NCBI GenBank assembly: GCA_038877255.1
Contig: JAVYWZ010000015.1
Location: forward strand, 1 to 17,761
DNA length: 17,761 nucleotides
Reading direction: 5' to 3'
Origin: Candidatus Micrarchaeaceae archaeon
GTDB taxonomy: Archaea; Micrarchaeota; Micrarchaeia; Micrarchaeales; CABMGC01
Shown: piece after piece, positions 1-8,218 of the stretch
Position numbering within the stretch: the first letter of the stretch is position 1
Layout of the letters: each line of letters starts with the position of its first letter
The notes under the pieces: generated by a model
The model's database searches: none
What the model was told of the DNA's origin: nothing
The model's input: only the letters and a program-made list of their open reading frames with translations
Made by a program: the position numbers and the translations under genes

Positions 1-72
1 GAGGACGACACTGTAACAATAAGAAACAGAGACGATACGAAGCAAGTGAGGAAGCAGGCTTATGAACTTTAG
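1..72 (+). CDS. glyS: 3' end of a class IIa aminoacyl-tRNA synthetase anticodon-binding domain, most likely glycyl-tRNA synthetase (partial, starts before the window)
   Basis: Frame 1 reads EDDTVTIRNRDDTKQVRKQAYEL*, matching the D.TVT(I/L)R.RD...Q.R C-terminal motif of GlyRS-type anticodon-binding domains. TAG stop at 70-72 overlaps the next gene. Confidence 0.65.
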   Translation, partial: EDDTVTIRNRDDTKQVRKQAYEL

Positions 73-934
73 CATTCATGTCTCTGATTTTTCGCTGCTG
101 AATACGTATTCCAGCGGTCAGGTGCTTAATTTCATAGGCGGGTTTTCGCAGCGCAATAATACGCAGAGACTGAGCTTTGCAACAATAAGGGCTTTTTACA
201 AAATTTCATATATTAGCAGAAGCACAAGCGGTGTGCTGAAATACGCATTTTATGGAAAAATAAGCAATGAAGAAGCAAGAAAAGAGCTTTTCAATATGCT
301 TGGACTGCGCAATCCGATAAAAAAGGTCTATGCTGAACTGGAAAAAGACCCTATTTTAAGAACCGCAATAAGCAGTGCATATGGCATGAGGCTCACAAAG
401 GCAGACCCTTGGCAAGCAGGCGTTTGCTTCGTAATTTCGCAGTTCAACAGCATAAAAAGAATAAGGCGAATAGTGCAAACACTGATGCGCAGGTTCGGGA
501 AAAAGCAAAATGGTCATTACCTCTTCCCAAGCAGCGAAGCGATTGCAAGCCTGAGCAAGGCAGAGCTTGATTCATGTGGGCTCGGCTTCAGGTCGAAATA
601 CGTTATGGCGTTTGCAGATGGTTATTGCGAAGGCGCTTTGAAAGGCATAGAAAAGCTGCCTTATAAAAAGGCGAAGGAAAGGCTTGTGTCTATAAGCGGT
701 ATAGGCGACAAAGTAGCTGACTGCATACTGCTTTTCGGCTATGGCAACACAAGGGCATTTCCCATCGACACTTGGGTTAAGCGCGCCTTGGAATCATTGT
801 ACTTCAACAACAGAAAGACAAGCATCAGGCAGATGCATGCGTTTGCAGAAAGCAGATTCGGCACTTTAGCAGGATACGCCCAGCAGTACCTTTTCCAGTA
901 CGCAAGGCAGAGCAAACTAACAAGAAGCCCATAA
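62..934 (+). CDS. ogg: 8-oxoguanine DNA glycosylase/AP lyase, OGG1-type HhH-GPD family
   Basis: N-terminal TYSSGQ (OGG_N-like T.xSGQ), ISQFNSIKRI, GLGFRSKY, HhH motif ISGIGDKVADCILLF with catalytic Lys, FPIDTWV with catalytic Asp, C-terminal GYAQQYLF. Confidence 0.9.
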   Translation: MNFSIHVSDFSLLNTYSSGQVLNFIGGFSQRNNTQRLSFATIRAFYKISYISRSTSGVLKYAFYGKISNEEARKELFNMLGLRNPIKKVYAELEKDPILRTAISSAYGMRLTKADPWQAGVCFVISQFNSIKRIRRIVQTLMRRFGKKQNGHYLFPSSEAIASLSKAELDSCGLGFRSKYVMAFADGYCEGALKGIEKLPYKKAKERLVSISGIGDKVADCILLFGYGNTRAFPIDTWVKRALESLYFNNRKTSIRQMHAFAESRFGTLAGYAQQYLFQYARQSKLTRSP

Positions 935-942
935 GGCAACAG

Positions 943-958
943 CCAAAAGATTTTTAAG
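943..958 (+). promoter_or_regulatory. Putative BRE/TATA promoter of the pilin gene
   Basis: A-rich CCAAAAGA followed by TTTTTAAG (951-958), about 40 nt upstream of ATG 998, with GTGA SD-like words before the start. Confidence 0.5.
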
Positions 959-997
959 CTTTAATACTTGATATAACAGTGATATAGTAGTGATGAA

Positions 998-1489
998 ATG
1001 AATACACGACACGCGTTTAAAGCGCAAAGCGCGATGGAATACCTCATGACCTACGGATGGGCTATACTGATAATTGCGGTGGTGCTTGGCGCACTATTCA
1101 GCCTTGGCGTTTTCAGCAGCAGCTCATTCCTTGGCACAGCATGCATTCCGCAGAGCGGCTTCCTTTGCAGTAATCCAATTGCGACAGCCACAGGTCTTAC
1201 GGTTACGGTTGGCCAGGCAACAGGATCTTCTTGGAGTAGCGTAGTATTATGCTTTGTACCTACAGGCACTACTGTTCCTTCCACCTGCAGCACTTCAGGA
1301 TATTCATCAAATTCTGTAGGCAGTTTGGCATCCGGTCAGACCGTCACAGCAACTTTCCCTCCGGGTAATGGAATATCAACTACATTAGGAACAGGCTTTT
1401 CAGGACAGATTTGGGCCACGTACACCTCCGCATCAGGTGTAAGTAATCTTATGACCCAAATAGGAACGGTAACGGTCAAAGTGTCATAA
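998..1489 (+). CDS. Archaeal type IV pilin-like protein with class III signal peptide
   Basis: Short basic leader ending K-A|Q-S-A-M-E (Gln +1, Glu +5), then hydrophobic helix YLMTYGWAILIIAVVLGALFSLGVF and a Ser/Thr/Gly-rich domain with 4 Cys. Confidence 0.88.
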   Translation: MNTRHAFKAQSAMEYLMTYGWAILIIAVVLGALFSLGVFSSSSFLGTACIPQSGFLCSNPIATATGLTVTVGQATGSSWSSVVLCFVPTGTTVPSTCSTSGYSSNSVGSLASGQTVTATFPPGNGISTTLGTGFSGQIWATYTSASGVSNLMTQIGTVTVKVS

Positions 1490-1494
1490 ACGCT

Positions 1495-1575
1495 GTTTTA
1501 GTTTTTCTTTTCCTTTTCTTTGTTTTTCTCTTATTTTCTCTTATTTTGCTTTGGTTATATTCTTTGCTTTTACGT
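1495..1575 (+). terminator. Extended oligo-T tract after the pilin gene, putative archaeal intrinsic terminator
   Basis: About 80 nt of T runs immediately after the stop, including a tandem TTTTCTCTTA x2 at 1524-1543. Confidence 0.55.
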
Positions 1576-1676
1576 TGCTTTTGGCATGCTGGCGCTGCCG
1601 CTTCTTCTGTTTTATATGCGCCATAACACCTGCTGCAAAGATATAAAAACTTTTTAATCGTAATTGTTTTGATTGG

Positions 1677-3731
1677 ATGGCGGTCCAGTTTCGTCTTGCA
1701 GCTGTCGTTTTGGTAATTGTGCTGCTGCTCGGTTATTCCCATGCCTATTCTTTAACACAGCTAAACACGTTGCTTGTGCGCTACAATGTTTCGCCATCAC
1801 TCATTGCTTCTCTAAAGCTCGTTTACATTAATTACTCTGGCGTAGAGTATGCTGTCCTATACAACAACACAGTGCCTTACTTTATTGTAAACACTTCAAG
1901 CGACAGCTTCGTGCTTAATGCAACAAGCATATACGACATAATAAGAAATTACACAATGGAGAACGCACTCGCAGGCATTAATTTTTCGAAGCTTAACACG
2001 CAGATGAATAAATATCAGAGCTCTTCCTCTGGGCCTATAAACGATTGCCTCCACGAGACTGGGCTCGATACAGGGCTTACTTGTACGCTTGCAAACAACT
2101 GCGATTCTTGCCAGGTAGTGCCCGTGTGCAAGGATGTGCTTGACAACACTTCAGGGCCGAGTGGCGTAGTGGGCTTGGGCATAATCAAATTTGAAAACCA
2201 GTACAGCGTGCTTAATTCCAGCTATAACGCATTCTACTCGCTTCTGCACGGAATAAACAGCACAAATGCGCTTCTAAGAATTGCAGGCTTAGAGAGCGCG
2301 TTTTACAACATATCTAATATAAGCAGCACACTTTACCAAAATCCAATATTCCCACCAACGAACGTGACGCCAAATATGCTTGCAACGTGCATAAACTACC
2401 CAACACTAACAAACGCGCCATGGTACTGCTCAGCAGTGGGCTTTTGCGAACAGCTTACCTATAACACTTCCCTGCTCAACACAATGCAAAATGAAATTAA
2501 CGCGATAAACAGATCGCCGCTCTCTAACCAGCAGGTATACGCGCTTGCGCAAAAGGCAGGCGCGATTCAGCTTAGCTATGTTTATCCAGTTCTTTCAAGG
2601 CAGCGCTACGCAGCGCTGCAAACGGCAATAAATTCAAGTCTTGGCAATTACTCAGTCATGATTAACAATGTTGAAGGATTGCTGAGCCACGTAAACAACT
2701 CTACTATGGTCAGTGACCTTGTGCTTCTTGAGAAGAGTTACAGCACATTGCAGAATAACTATTTGACAGAGAACATAAGCAGCGCAGTAAATTCGACGGC
2801 GTTACTGCTTAATAACCTGAACGCTTTATATGAAAAGGTAAATGGCACCTATTCGCGCATACTGAACCTTGCTTCTGAAAACACTGCAAAATTGCTTGAA
2901 GCGCAGCTTACAAACCCGATGCAGACAGGCCTTGTAAATCTTGCATTTCAGGAAATGGGTCTTAACAGCATACTTAGCAAAGGGAACTTAAGCAACACAG
3001 CAAATTTGCAGGCAAATCTTGAAAATGTCTCTGCAAAGGCTAAAGCATACGGCACAGCTGCATTCGGCTTGGTAGAGATTTCGCGCGCCATCGATGGCGC
3101 TTTTGCAAGGCCTCTTGCTTACGCATTGCACATGCCATATAGCAGCGCTGTTGCGGCTTCGCCTTTGCTTGGCTCGTTGCTCTCTTTGATAATAGGTATA
3201 GTGGCAATCTTGTGCTTGGTTTTTGTGCGCTCCTATCTTTCGCTGAAGCACAAGCTTGTTCTGAATAGGCGCACAGCAAGGAACTGGCGTTTGCTGACTT
3301 ACATTGCAATACTGCTCTTGATAGTTTATGTGCTTGCAACATATGTTGTGCTTGTTTACGCTAACGCGCACGCGCCTTATAGCGCTTTTGCAAGCGCTGT
3401 TGCCAATTCTAAGTATGTGGTAATAGCAATCAACGGAACGCCAACGCTTAATACATATTCTTGCGCAAGCAGCATAAGCGCAAAGGCAAGCGCACTGGGC
3501 AAGAATCCAGTGCTTGTTTCTTTCGTTGGCAATTTGTGCAAGTTAGGAAACAACACCATGAGCGTCAGCGCGTGCATGAACTATTACTCAGCGCTGAACA
3601 TACCTATTATACTGCTCACTAACAGCACGGGTTCAGGCATTGGCCTGTATTCGCTCTACGGCACAGTGCTCAACTATTTTGGCAATGTATCGGTAATGAA
3701 CGCATGCTATCCTAAATTGCTTCTAAATTAG
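1677..3731 (+). CDS. Large secreted/membrane glycoprotein of unknown function
   Basis: 684-aa ORF with a signal peptide ending SHA|YS, more than 20 N-x-S/T sequons, a Cys cluster, a helical region, two TM helices around a basic loop (KHKLVLNRRTAR) and a C-terminal 4-Cys domain. TTTTTAAT at 1651-1658 suggests a leaderless transcript. Confidence 0.85.
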   Translation: MAVQFRLAAVVLVIVLLLGYSHAYSLTQLNTLLVRYNVSPSLIASLKLVYINYSGVEYAVLYNNTVPYFIVNTSSDSFVLNATSIYDIIRNYTMENALAGINFSKLNTQMNKYQSSSSGPINDCLHETGLDTGLTCTLANNCDSCQVVPVCKDVLDNTSGPSGVVGLGIIKFENQYSVLNSSYNAFYSLLHGINSTNALLRIAGLESAFYNISNISSTLYQNPIFPPTNVTPNMLATCINYPTLTNAPWYCSAVGFCEQLTYNTSLLNTMQNEINAINRSPLSNQQVYALAQKAGAIQLSYVYPVLSRQRYAALQTAINSSLGNYSVMINNVEGLLSHVNNSTMVSDLVLLEKSYSTLQNNYLTENISSAVNSTALLLNNLNALYEKVNGTYSRILNLASENTAKLLEAQLTNPMQTGLVNLAFQEMGLNSILSKGNLSNTANLQANLENVSAKAKAYGTAAFGLVEISRAIDGAFARPLAYALHMPYSSAVAASPLLGSLLSLIIGIVAILCLVFVRSYLSLKHKLVLNRRTARNWRLLTYIAILLLIVYVLATYVVLVYANAHAPYSAFASAVANSKYVVIAINGTPTLNTYSCASSISAKASALGKNPVLVSFVGNLCKLGNNTMSVSACMNYYSALNIPIILLTNSTGSGIGLYSLYGTVLNYFGNVSVMNACYPKLLLN

Positions 3732-4270
3732 TGGTTCTTGTGGTAAAATCTGGAAAATTAGAGAACAAAGCAGCTGTTGAAAAGAGCGCTAAAAAAGCGA
3801 AAAACTCGATGTTAATTGCGATCGCAATCGCAGTGCCAGTGCTTATTGTGTTTTTCGCGCTTGTTTTGTTACTGAGGGCGCCAGGCGTGCCTTTTACTGT
3901 ATTCAAGGGCAATTTCTACGGCGCGAGCAGCGCTTCTATAGTTGCAACTTATAGCAACGAATCCGAGTTCGTCTCAGAAGCCGATTGCGTTGGCATGCTG
4001 CGCGAGCTGATTCACTTCAGAAATACTAGCGACGTGCACGTATTCTTTATAAACAGTACCAACAGCTCATGCATCTTTTCACCTACTGTGACTAACATAA
4101 CGCTGCAGATCAAGCCAGCAAGCTACTGCTTGCGCATAGCAAATTCAGAGCCAAGCATCTTTCTGAACTACAGCAGCATAAACGTTAGCACAGTAACTGC
4201 TTACAAGCTCACAATATACGGCAATACGGAGTATATGCAGCGCTGCCCTATCGCAATAGACATGTCATGA
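3731..4270 (+). CDS. Membrane-anchored hypothetical protein, apparent paralog of the C-terminal domain of the upstream protein
   Basis: GTG start overlaps the upstream TAG (TAGTG). Lys-rich N-terminus, one TM helix, extracellular domain with 4 Cys and several sequons. Confidence 0.8.
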   Translation: MVLVVKSGKLENKAAVEKSAKKAKNSMLIAIAIAVPVLIVFFALVLLLRAPGVPFTVFKGNFYGASSASIVATYSNESEFVSEADCVGMLRELIHFRNTSDVHVFFINSTNSSCIFSPTVTNITLQIKPASYCLRIANSEPSIFLNYSSINVSTVTAYKLTIYGNTEYMQRCPIAIDMS

Positions 4271-4312
4271 CGAATGCAAATTTAAATTTGATTCAGAAAG
4301 TTGTACGGTTCA

Positions 4313-4320
4313 TTTATAAA
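4313..4320 (+). promoter_or_regulatory. TATA box of ORF 4343, likely leaderless or short-leader transcript
   Basis: TTTATAAA ends 22 nt before ATG 4343 and no SD is visible. Confidence 0.5.
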
Positions 4321-4342
4321 CTTTTTTTTATAATAAGCAATT

Positions 4343-4786
4343 ATGGCGATGCTTGCAGTAAAACATCTTTGTGTGATAGTGGGGCAGGATGACTTATACA
4401 AACGCATGCCGGCTCAGGAAACTGTGCAGTCGATGAATGGCGCACCTGTATTTTACAAGGTACTGCCAAACCATTTGATTGCAAAACTAATACCAGAAGC
4501 ATTTACATCTGATGAAAAACTATTGTATTATAATACTGCTGTGTTCGACGCGTTTTTCCCGGAAAGCAAGCTAAAAACAACAATAGCGGTGCGGTCACCT
4601 ATGTTATATACTGGATTAGGCGACTTGCCCGTGTTCCTTTCTTGGGAGAAGAAATTTGAAACGTTTAGAGAAGCTGTTAGGAATCCTGAAAACTTGGTTA
4701 TTGATGCTATAGAACTAAAAGGAATGCGAAGGCTAAGTAACGAAGAAAAAGTTGTGCAACTTGTAAGCACGATAGGCATTGCGTAA
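4343..4786 (+). CDS. Hypothetical protein (no recognised family)
   Basis: 147-aa ORF filling the gap between neighbours, with its own TATA box. The true start could be a later ATG. Confidence 0.65.
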   Translation: MAMLAVKHLCVIVGQDDLYKRMPAQETVQSMNGAPVFYKVLPNHLIAKLIPEAFTSDEKLLYYNTAVFDAFFPESKLKTTIAVRSPMLYTGLGDLPVFLSWEKKFETFREAVRNPENLVIDAIELKGMRRLSNEEKVVQLVSTIGIA

Positions 4787-4792
4787 TTGCAA

Positions 4793-5179
4793 TTACAGTA
4801 TCGCGTTTTCAAGCATGCGGCCTATTGCGAGCACCTTCTTTCGCGTTATGTTATATGTAGAAGCGCCCTTTTCAAATTCGTCAAGCTTTATGAAAAGCCA
4901 GCCCTTGCCATTAATGCGCCACGCAACAAATGTTGGAAAAGAGGTATTTGACTGCCATTCTGCAAGCTTTGTGTACTGCTCAGCGTCAAGCGAAAGGCTG
5001 CTCTTGTTCCAAGCTTTGCACTCTATGGAAAAGACCATGCCGTTTTTTATCGCTATCAAATCAGGGCTTATCGCATTGACGCCTGAGCCTGCGCTCCTTA
5101 TTACTGAATAGCCTTTTTTGGTAAGTATGGCAAAAAGCTCGCGTTCGGTCCTTGCGCCTTTGGCATAGTTGCTCAACAA
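4793..5179 (-). CDS. hjc: Archaeal Holliday junction resolvase Hjc
   Basis: KGARTERE, VIRSAGSG, PDLIA and IECK match the Hjc PD-(D/E)xK signature. TTG start at 5179 or 5176; GGTG SD spacing favours 5176. Confidence 0.93.
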   Translation of the reverse strand: MLSNYAKGARTERELFAILTKKGYSVIRSAGSGVNAISPDLIAIKNGMVFSIECKAWNKSSLSLDAEQYTKLAEWQSNTSFPTFVAWRINGKGWLFIKLDEFEKGASTYNITRKKVLAIGRMLENAIL

Positions 5180-5235
5180 AACACCAACATGTACGCAATC
5201 TATATAACATTTTCCTTATTAATAATATTGTTTCA

Positions 5236-5385
5236 GCTAAGGCTTTGCTATGCTTATTGCTTCATATGCAAATGTGCAAGGGCATAAATGCGCTTAGCCA
5301 CGGCATTGTGGTTCTGTGCTTGAGAAGCAACTTGAAGAAAAAAAGTATATTTTGCGAAGTTGTGGAATTGCAGTATATGCTTTTT
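5236..5385 (+). ncRNA. Candidate structured RNA or long dnaG 5' leader
   Basis: Three consecutive hairpins found by hand-folding (5236-5298, 5296-5313, 5340-5385) whose G-U pairs favour the + strand. No known family recognised. Confidence 0.25.
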
Positions 5386-5455
5386 CTCAGGGCAGTGAAC
5401 AAATAAGTAGCAAAGCTAATAGCAGAAGCATTCAAAGAAAAACAAGGTGAATTTG

Positions 5456-6841
5456 ATGGCGAAGACATACTTAGACATAGTAAAGTATATGATAGTAGCG
5501 AATTTCAGCATAGACGGCCTGGTAGACAAGCCAGACATAATAGGGGCAGTATTTGGGCAAACAGAAGGCCTTCTTGGCAACGAGCTCGATCTTAGGGAGC
5601 TGCAGAAGAGCGGCAAGATAGGCAGAATAGAAATAGATGTATCGCAGTCAGGCACAAAAACGTATGGCAAGCTTTACCTACCGGCGTCGCTTGACAGAAT
5701 AGATACATGCATACTCGGCGCAGCGGTTGAATCTGTAGATCGTGTTGGTCCATTTGACGCTCGACTCCAGGTTGAGCGCATAGAAGACACGCGCTCGGAG
5801 AAGCGCAGGAAGATACTTGAAAGGGCAAAGGACCTGCTCAAGAAGCTGCTTTCTACAGAACTGCCCGATAGCAGGGAGCTTGCAGAACTCGTTGAGAGTG
5901 AAGTAAAGGCAGACGAGATAGCAAGTTATGGGCCTGAGCGTCTGCCGGCAGGACCTGATGTTGCCACAAGCAAAGAAGTCATAATAGTAGAAGGCAGGGC
6001 CGACGTACTGAATCTGTTGAAGAATAACATACCAAACGTAGTGGCAGTCGGCGGAGCGACAGCAAACATACCTAAAAGCATAATAGAGCTTGCTAATGAA
6101 AAAGAAATAACGGTATTTGTAGATGGAGATAGGGGCGGAGACATGATAGTGCGCGCCCTTTCAAACGCAATGGACATAGACTATGTAACAAAGGCGCCTG
6201 AGGGTAAAGAAGTTGAAGAGCTTACGCAAAAGGAAATCATAAAGGCACTGCGCTCCAAGGTTCCCGTAAGCCAATACTTTGCAATGATAAAGGCCAAGGA
6301 AAATGCAAGGTACTATGATGAAAAAAACCACAGCACGCATGGCGAGCAGAGGCAGCAGCAGGAACAGCAGGCCAATGGTGAAGAAAGCAAACAAGCCGAA
6401 GAGCCTTATGTTGCAAAGTCTGTTGCTAAAAAGCCAGATATAGGTCTAGAAGAGCTTGAAAATGAAGAGGAGCCGCTGCAGAAAATAGAAGAACAAGAAG
6501 AGCCATTGTATGAAGAGAAGCAGGCAAAGCCGGTTCTTGAGAGTGTGTTGCTCGCTCAGCTTTCAAGCAGCCTAGCAGAGCTTGCAGGAACATTGCGCAG
6601 CAGGCTTTACTCTTCTGATGGCAGCATGATAAAGGAGGTGCCTATACGCGAGCTTTTGAACGAGCTTCAGGGCGCGCAAGGGGTATATGGCGTTGTACTT
6701 GACGGCGTCGTGACACAGAGGCTTGTAGAGCTGGCGTTGCAGAAAGGAGTAAAGGCCATATATGGAATAAGGTCGAACCCTATGCCAAAGCTGCCAAGTG
6801 AGATGATAATATACACGAAGGAGCAGGGCAAGCTTAATTAG
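5456..6841 (+). CDS. dnaG: Archaeal DnaG (TOPRIM primase-like, exosome-associated protein)
   Basis: KPDIIGAVFGQTEGLLG...DLRELQKSGKIGRI N-terminal domain, TOPRIM motifs VEGRADV and DGDRGGD, C-terminal DGVVTQRL. SD AAGGTGA at 5444-5450 puts the start at ATG 5456. Confidence 0.96.
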   Translation: MAKTYLDIVKYMIVANFSIDGLVDKPDIIGAVFGQTEGLLGNELDLRELQKSGKIGRIEIDVSQSGTKTYGKLYLPASLDRIDTCILGAAVESVDRVGPFDARLQVERIEDTRSEKRRKILERAKDLLKKLLSTELPDSRELAELVESEVKADEIASYGPERLPAGPDVATSKEVIIVEGRADVLNLLKNNIPNVVAVGGATANIPKSIIELANEKEITVFVDGDRGGDMIVRALSNAMDIDYVTKAPEGKEVEELTQKEIIKALRSKVPVSQYFAMIKAKENARYYDEKNHSTHGEQRQQQEQQANGEESKQAEEPYVAKSVAKKPDIGLEELENEEEPLQKIEEQEEPLYEEKQAKPVLESVLLAQLSSSLAELAGTLRSRLYSSDGSMIKEVPIRELLNELQGAQGVYGVVLDGVVTQRLVELALQKGVKAIYGIRSNPMPKLPSEMIIYTKEQGKLN

Positions 6842-6869
6842 CTGTGCTGTGCTTCTTCATGCACACCTT

Positions 6870-8009
6870 CTAGCTTGTGATCAGATCTGGCGTTTCAACT
6901 ATTTTCTGCTCTTTCATGGTTATCTTTTTTACTTTGTTTTTGCTTTCCAAATAAGCATAAATATTGCTGTAGCGCATGTCAAAGTTTCTAACTGCTATGG
7001 ACCCTATGAGCACACTTTTAATTGCTGTAAATTTCACGTGTGCGCCACGCAATGAACTAAGTTTCTGCATTTCACGGCTTAGCTCCTTGTTGTCTTTTAC
7101 ATTTATAATTGCTATGCTGCCTATGGGGCTAAAAGTATCTGCGATATAAGTGTATACACATTCATCCTCACTTTGCTTTACCATGTCTTCGTACCATTGC
7201 TCTTTGCTTTTTTCGAATATGCTTTCGTTGCTTATGCTTATCTGCGCTATCGCAGAGATTTTGCGTTTAGGTATTTCTTCTATATATGTCATGTGCTTAA
7301 GGACACCAGTCCTTACCAGGCGCTCATAAGCATAAAGCATTTGCGTCGAACCTTGGCCATATTTTGAGCCGATGTCAGAAAAGGTAGCCCTGCCATCTTT
7401 TATAAACCCAAGCAATATGTTCTTGTAGGAGTCAAAGAGATTAAACTGCTGCACAAGCTCCTCGCTCGCAGGGAAAAAGCCATGCGTTGTCCAGATTCTG
7501 TTAACGTTTTCAGTCATGCTATATTTGTTGAGCTTGGCGTTGAATTTATCAAGGAAGTATCTTATATCGTCGTAGGTTCTTGAAACCATATACGCGAATA
7601 CGTCGTACGCGCCCTTTCCCGAAGCTGCAAACTGTATCATGTAATTATTGCCAAGTGCGCTTGCGATGCTGTTGTCACTCGGCTTTTCGCCTTCAAAATT
7701 TATCGTTAGCATGTATTCATTAAATCCTGTGTTCGCTACAATCTCTGTTGCTCCGCCTATTATGCCCCTTTTTGTCTGCGACCTCGCCTGCCTTGCGAAT
7801 TCCATGCGCCACAGGTTTTCAAGGCTTATCTCCGGGCAAAAACGGAGGCCATACTTTTTTATTGTTTCTGCAAGAAGGGCGTATGCGGTTGTCTTGCTTA
7901 TGTGGAGTTCGTTAGAAATTTCCTGCAAGCTGGCCCTTGAATTGACACTCAGCATTTTCAAAAGGGCATTTTCGTTGCGCTGTTCTAACATGTCTTTTGT
8001 GAGAACCAT
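6870..8009 (-). CDS. Lrp/AsnC-family regulator with two tandem wHTH-RAM-like units
   Basis: HTH1 LLKMLSVNSRASLQEISNELHISKTTAYALL and HTH2 ILLGFIKDGRATFSDIGSKYG...YERLVRTGVL. GKGAYDVF resembles the Lrp G.YD motif. Confidence 0.8.
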   Translation of the reverse strand: MVLTKDMLEQRNENALLKMLSVNSRASLQEISNELHISKTTAYALLAETIKKYGLRFCPEISLENLWRMEFARQARSQTKRGIIGGATEIVANTGFNEYMLTINFEGEKPSDNSIASALGNNYMIQFAASGKGAYDVFAYMVSRTYDDIRYFLDKFNAKLNKYSMTENVNRIWTTHGFFPASEELVQQFNLFDSYKNILLGFIKDGRATFSDIGSKYGQGSTQMLYAYERLVRTGVLKHMTYIEEIPKRKISAIAQISISNESIFEKSKEQWYEDMVKQSEDECVYTYIADTFSPIGSIAIINVKDNKELSREMQKLSSLRGAHVKFTAIKSVLIGSIAVRNFDMRYSNIYAYLESKNKVKKITMKEQKIVETPDLITS

Positions 8010-8198
8010 ACGGTCGCCAATGAGAAATGCACTGCAAATTTATTATACGTTACGGTGGATGCTGATGGCGTATGCTGTTTTTACTAGTTTGGAAAAGTTG
8101 TTGGCAATTCAAAACTATCAGATTGGCGCGCTCGGCCTCAAATAAAACAAATAGTTGCCATTTTACCCGATATCTAACATTTGTACCAGCATCCTCTA

Positions 8199-8218
8199 TT
8201 ATAAAAGTGAGCGGGAAA
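8199..8218. repeat. 20-bp direct repeat copy 1, TTATAAAAGTGAGCGGGAAA
   Basis: Identical to 12450-12469; intergenic. Confidence 0.9.

Noticed and set aside
1476..1742. 88-aa Lys-rich ORF on the - strand
   Set aside because: Its Lys/Arg content is the complement of the oligo-T terminator tract, and it overlaps both real genes.
5152..5468. ORFs 5152-5406 (+) and 5262-5468 (-)
   Set aside because: They overlap the hjc or dnaG starts and show no protein-like features.
8207..8214. GTGAGCGG in the 20-bp repeat matches the lac operator core; the reverse strand TTTCCCGC matches the eukaryotic E2F consensus
   Set aside because: Only 8-bp matches with non-matching flanks and no vector sequence, so treated as coincidence.
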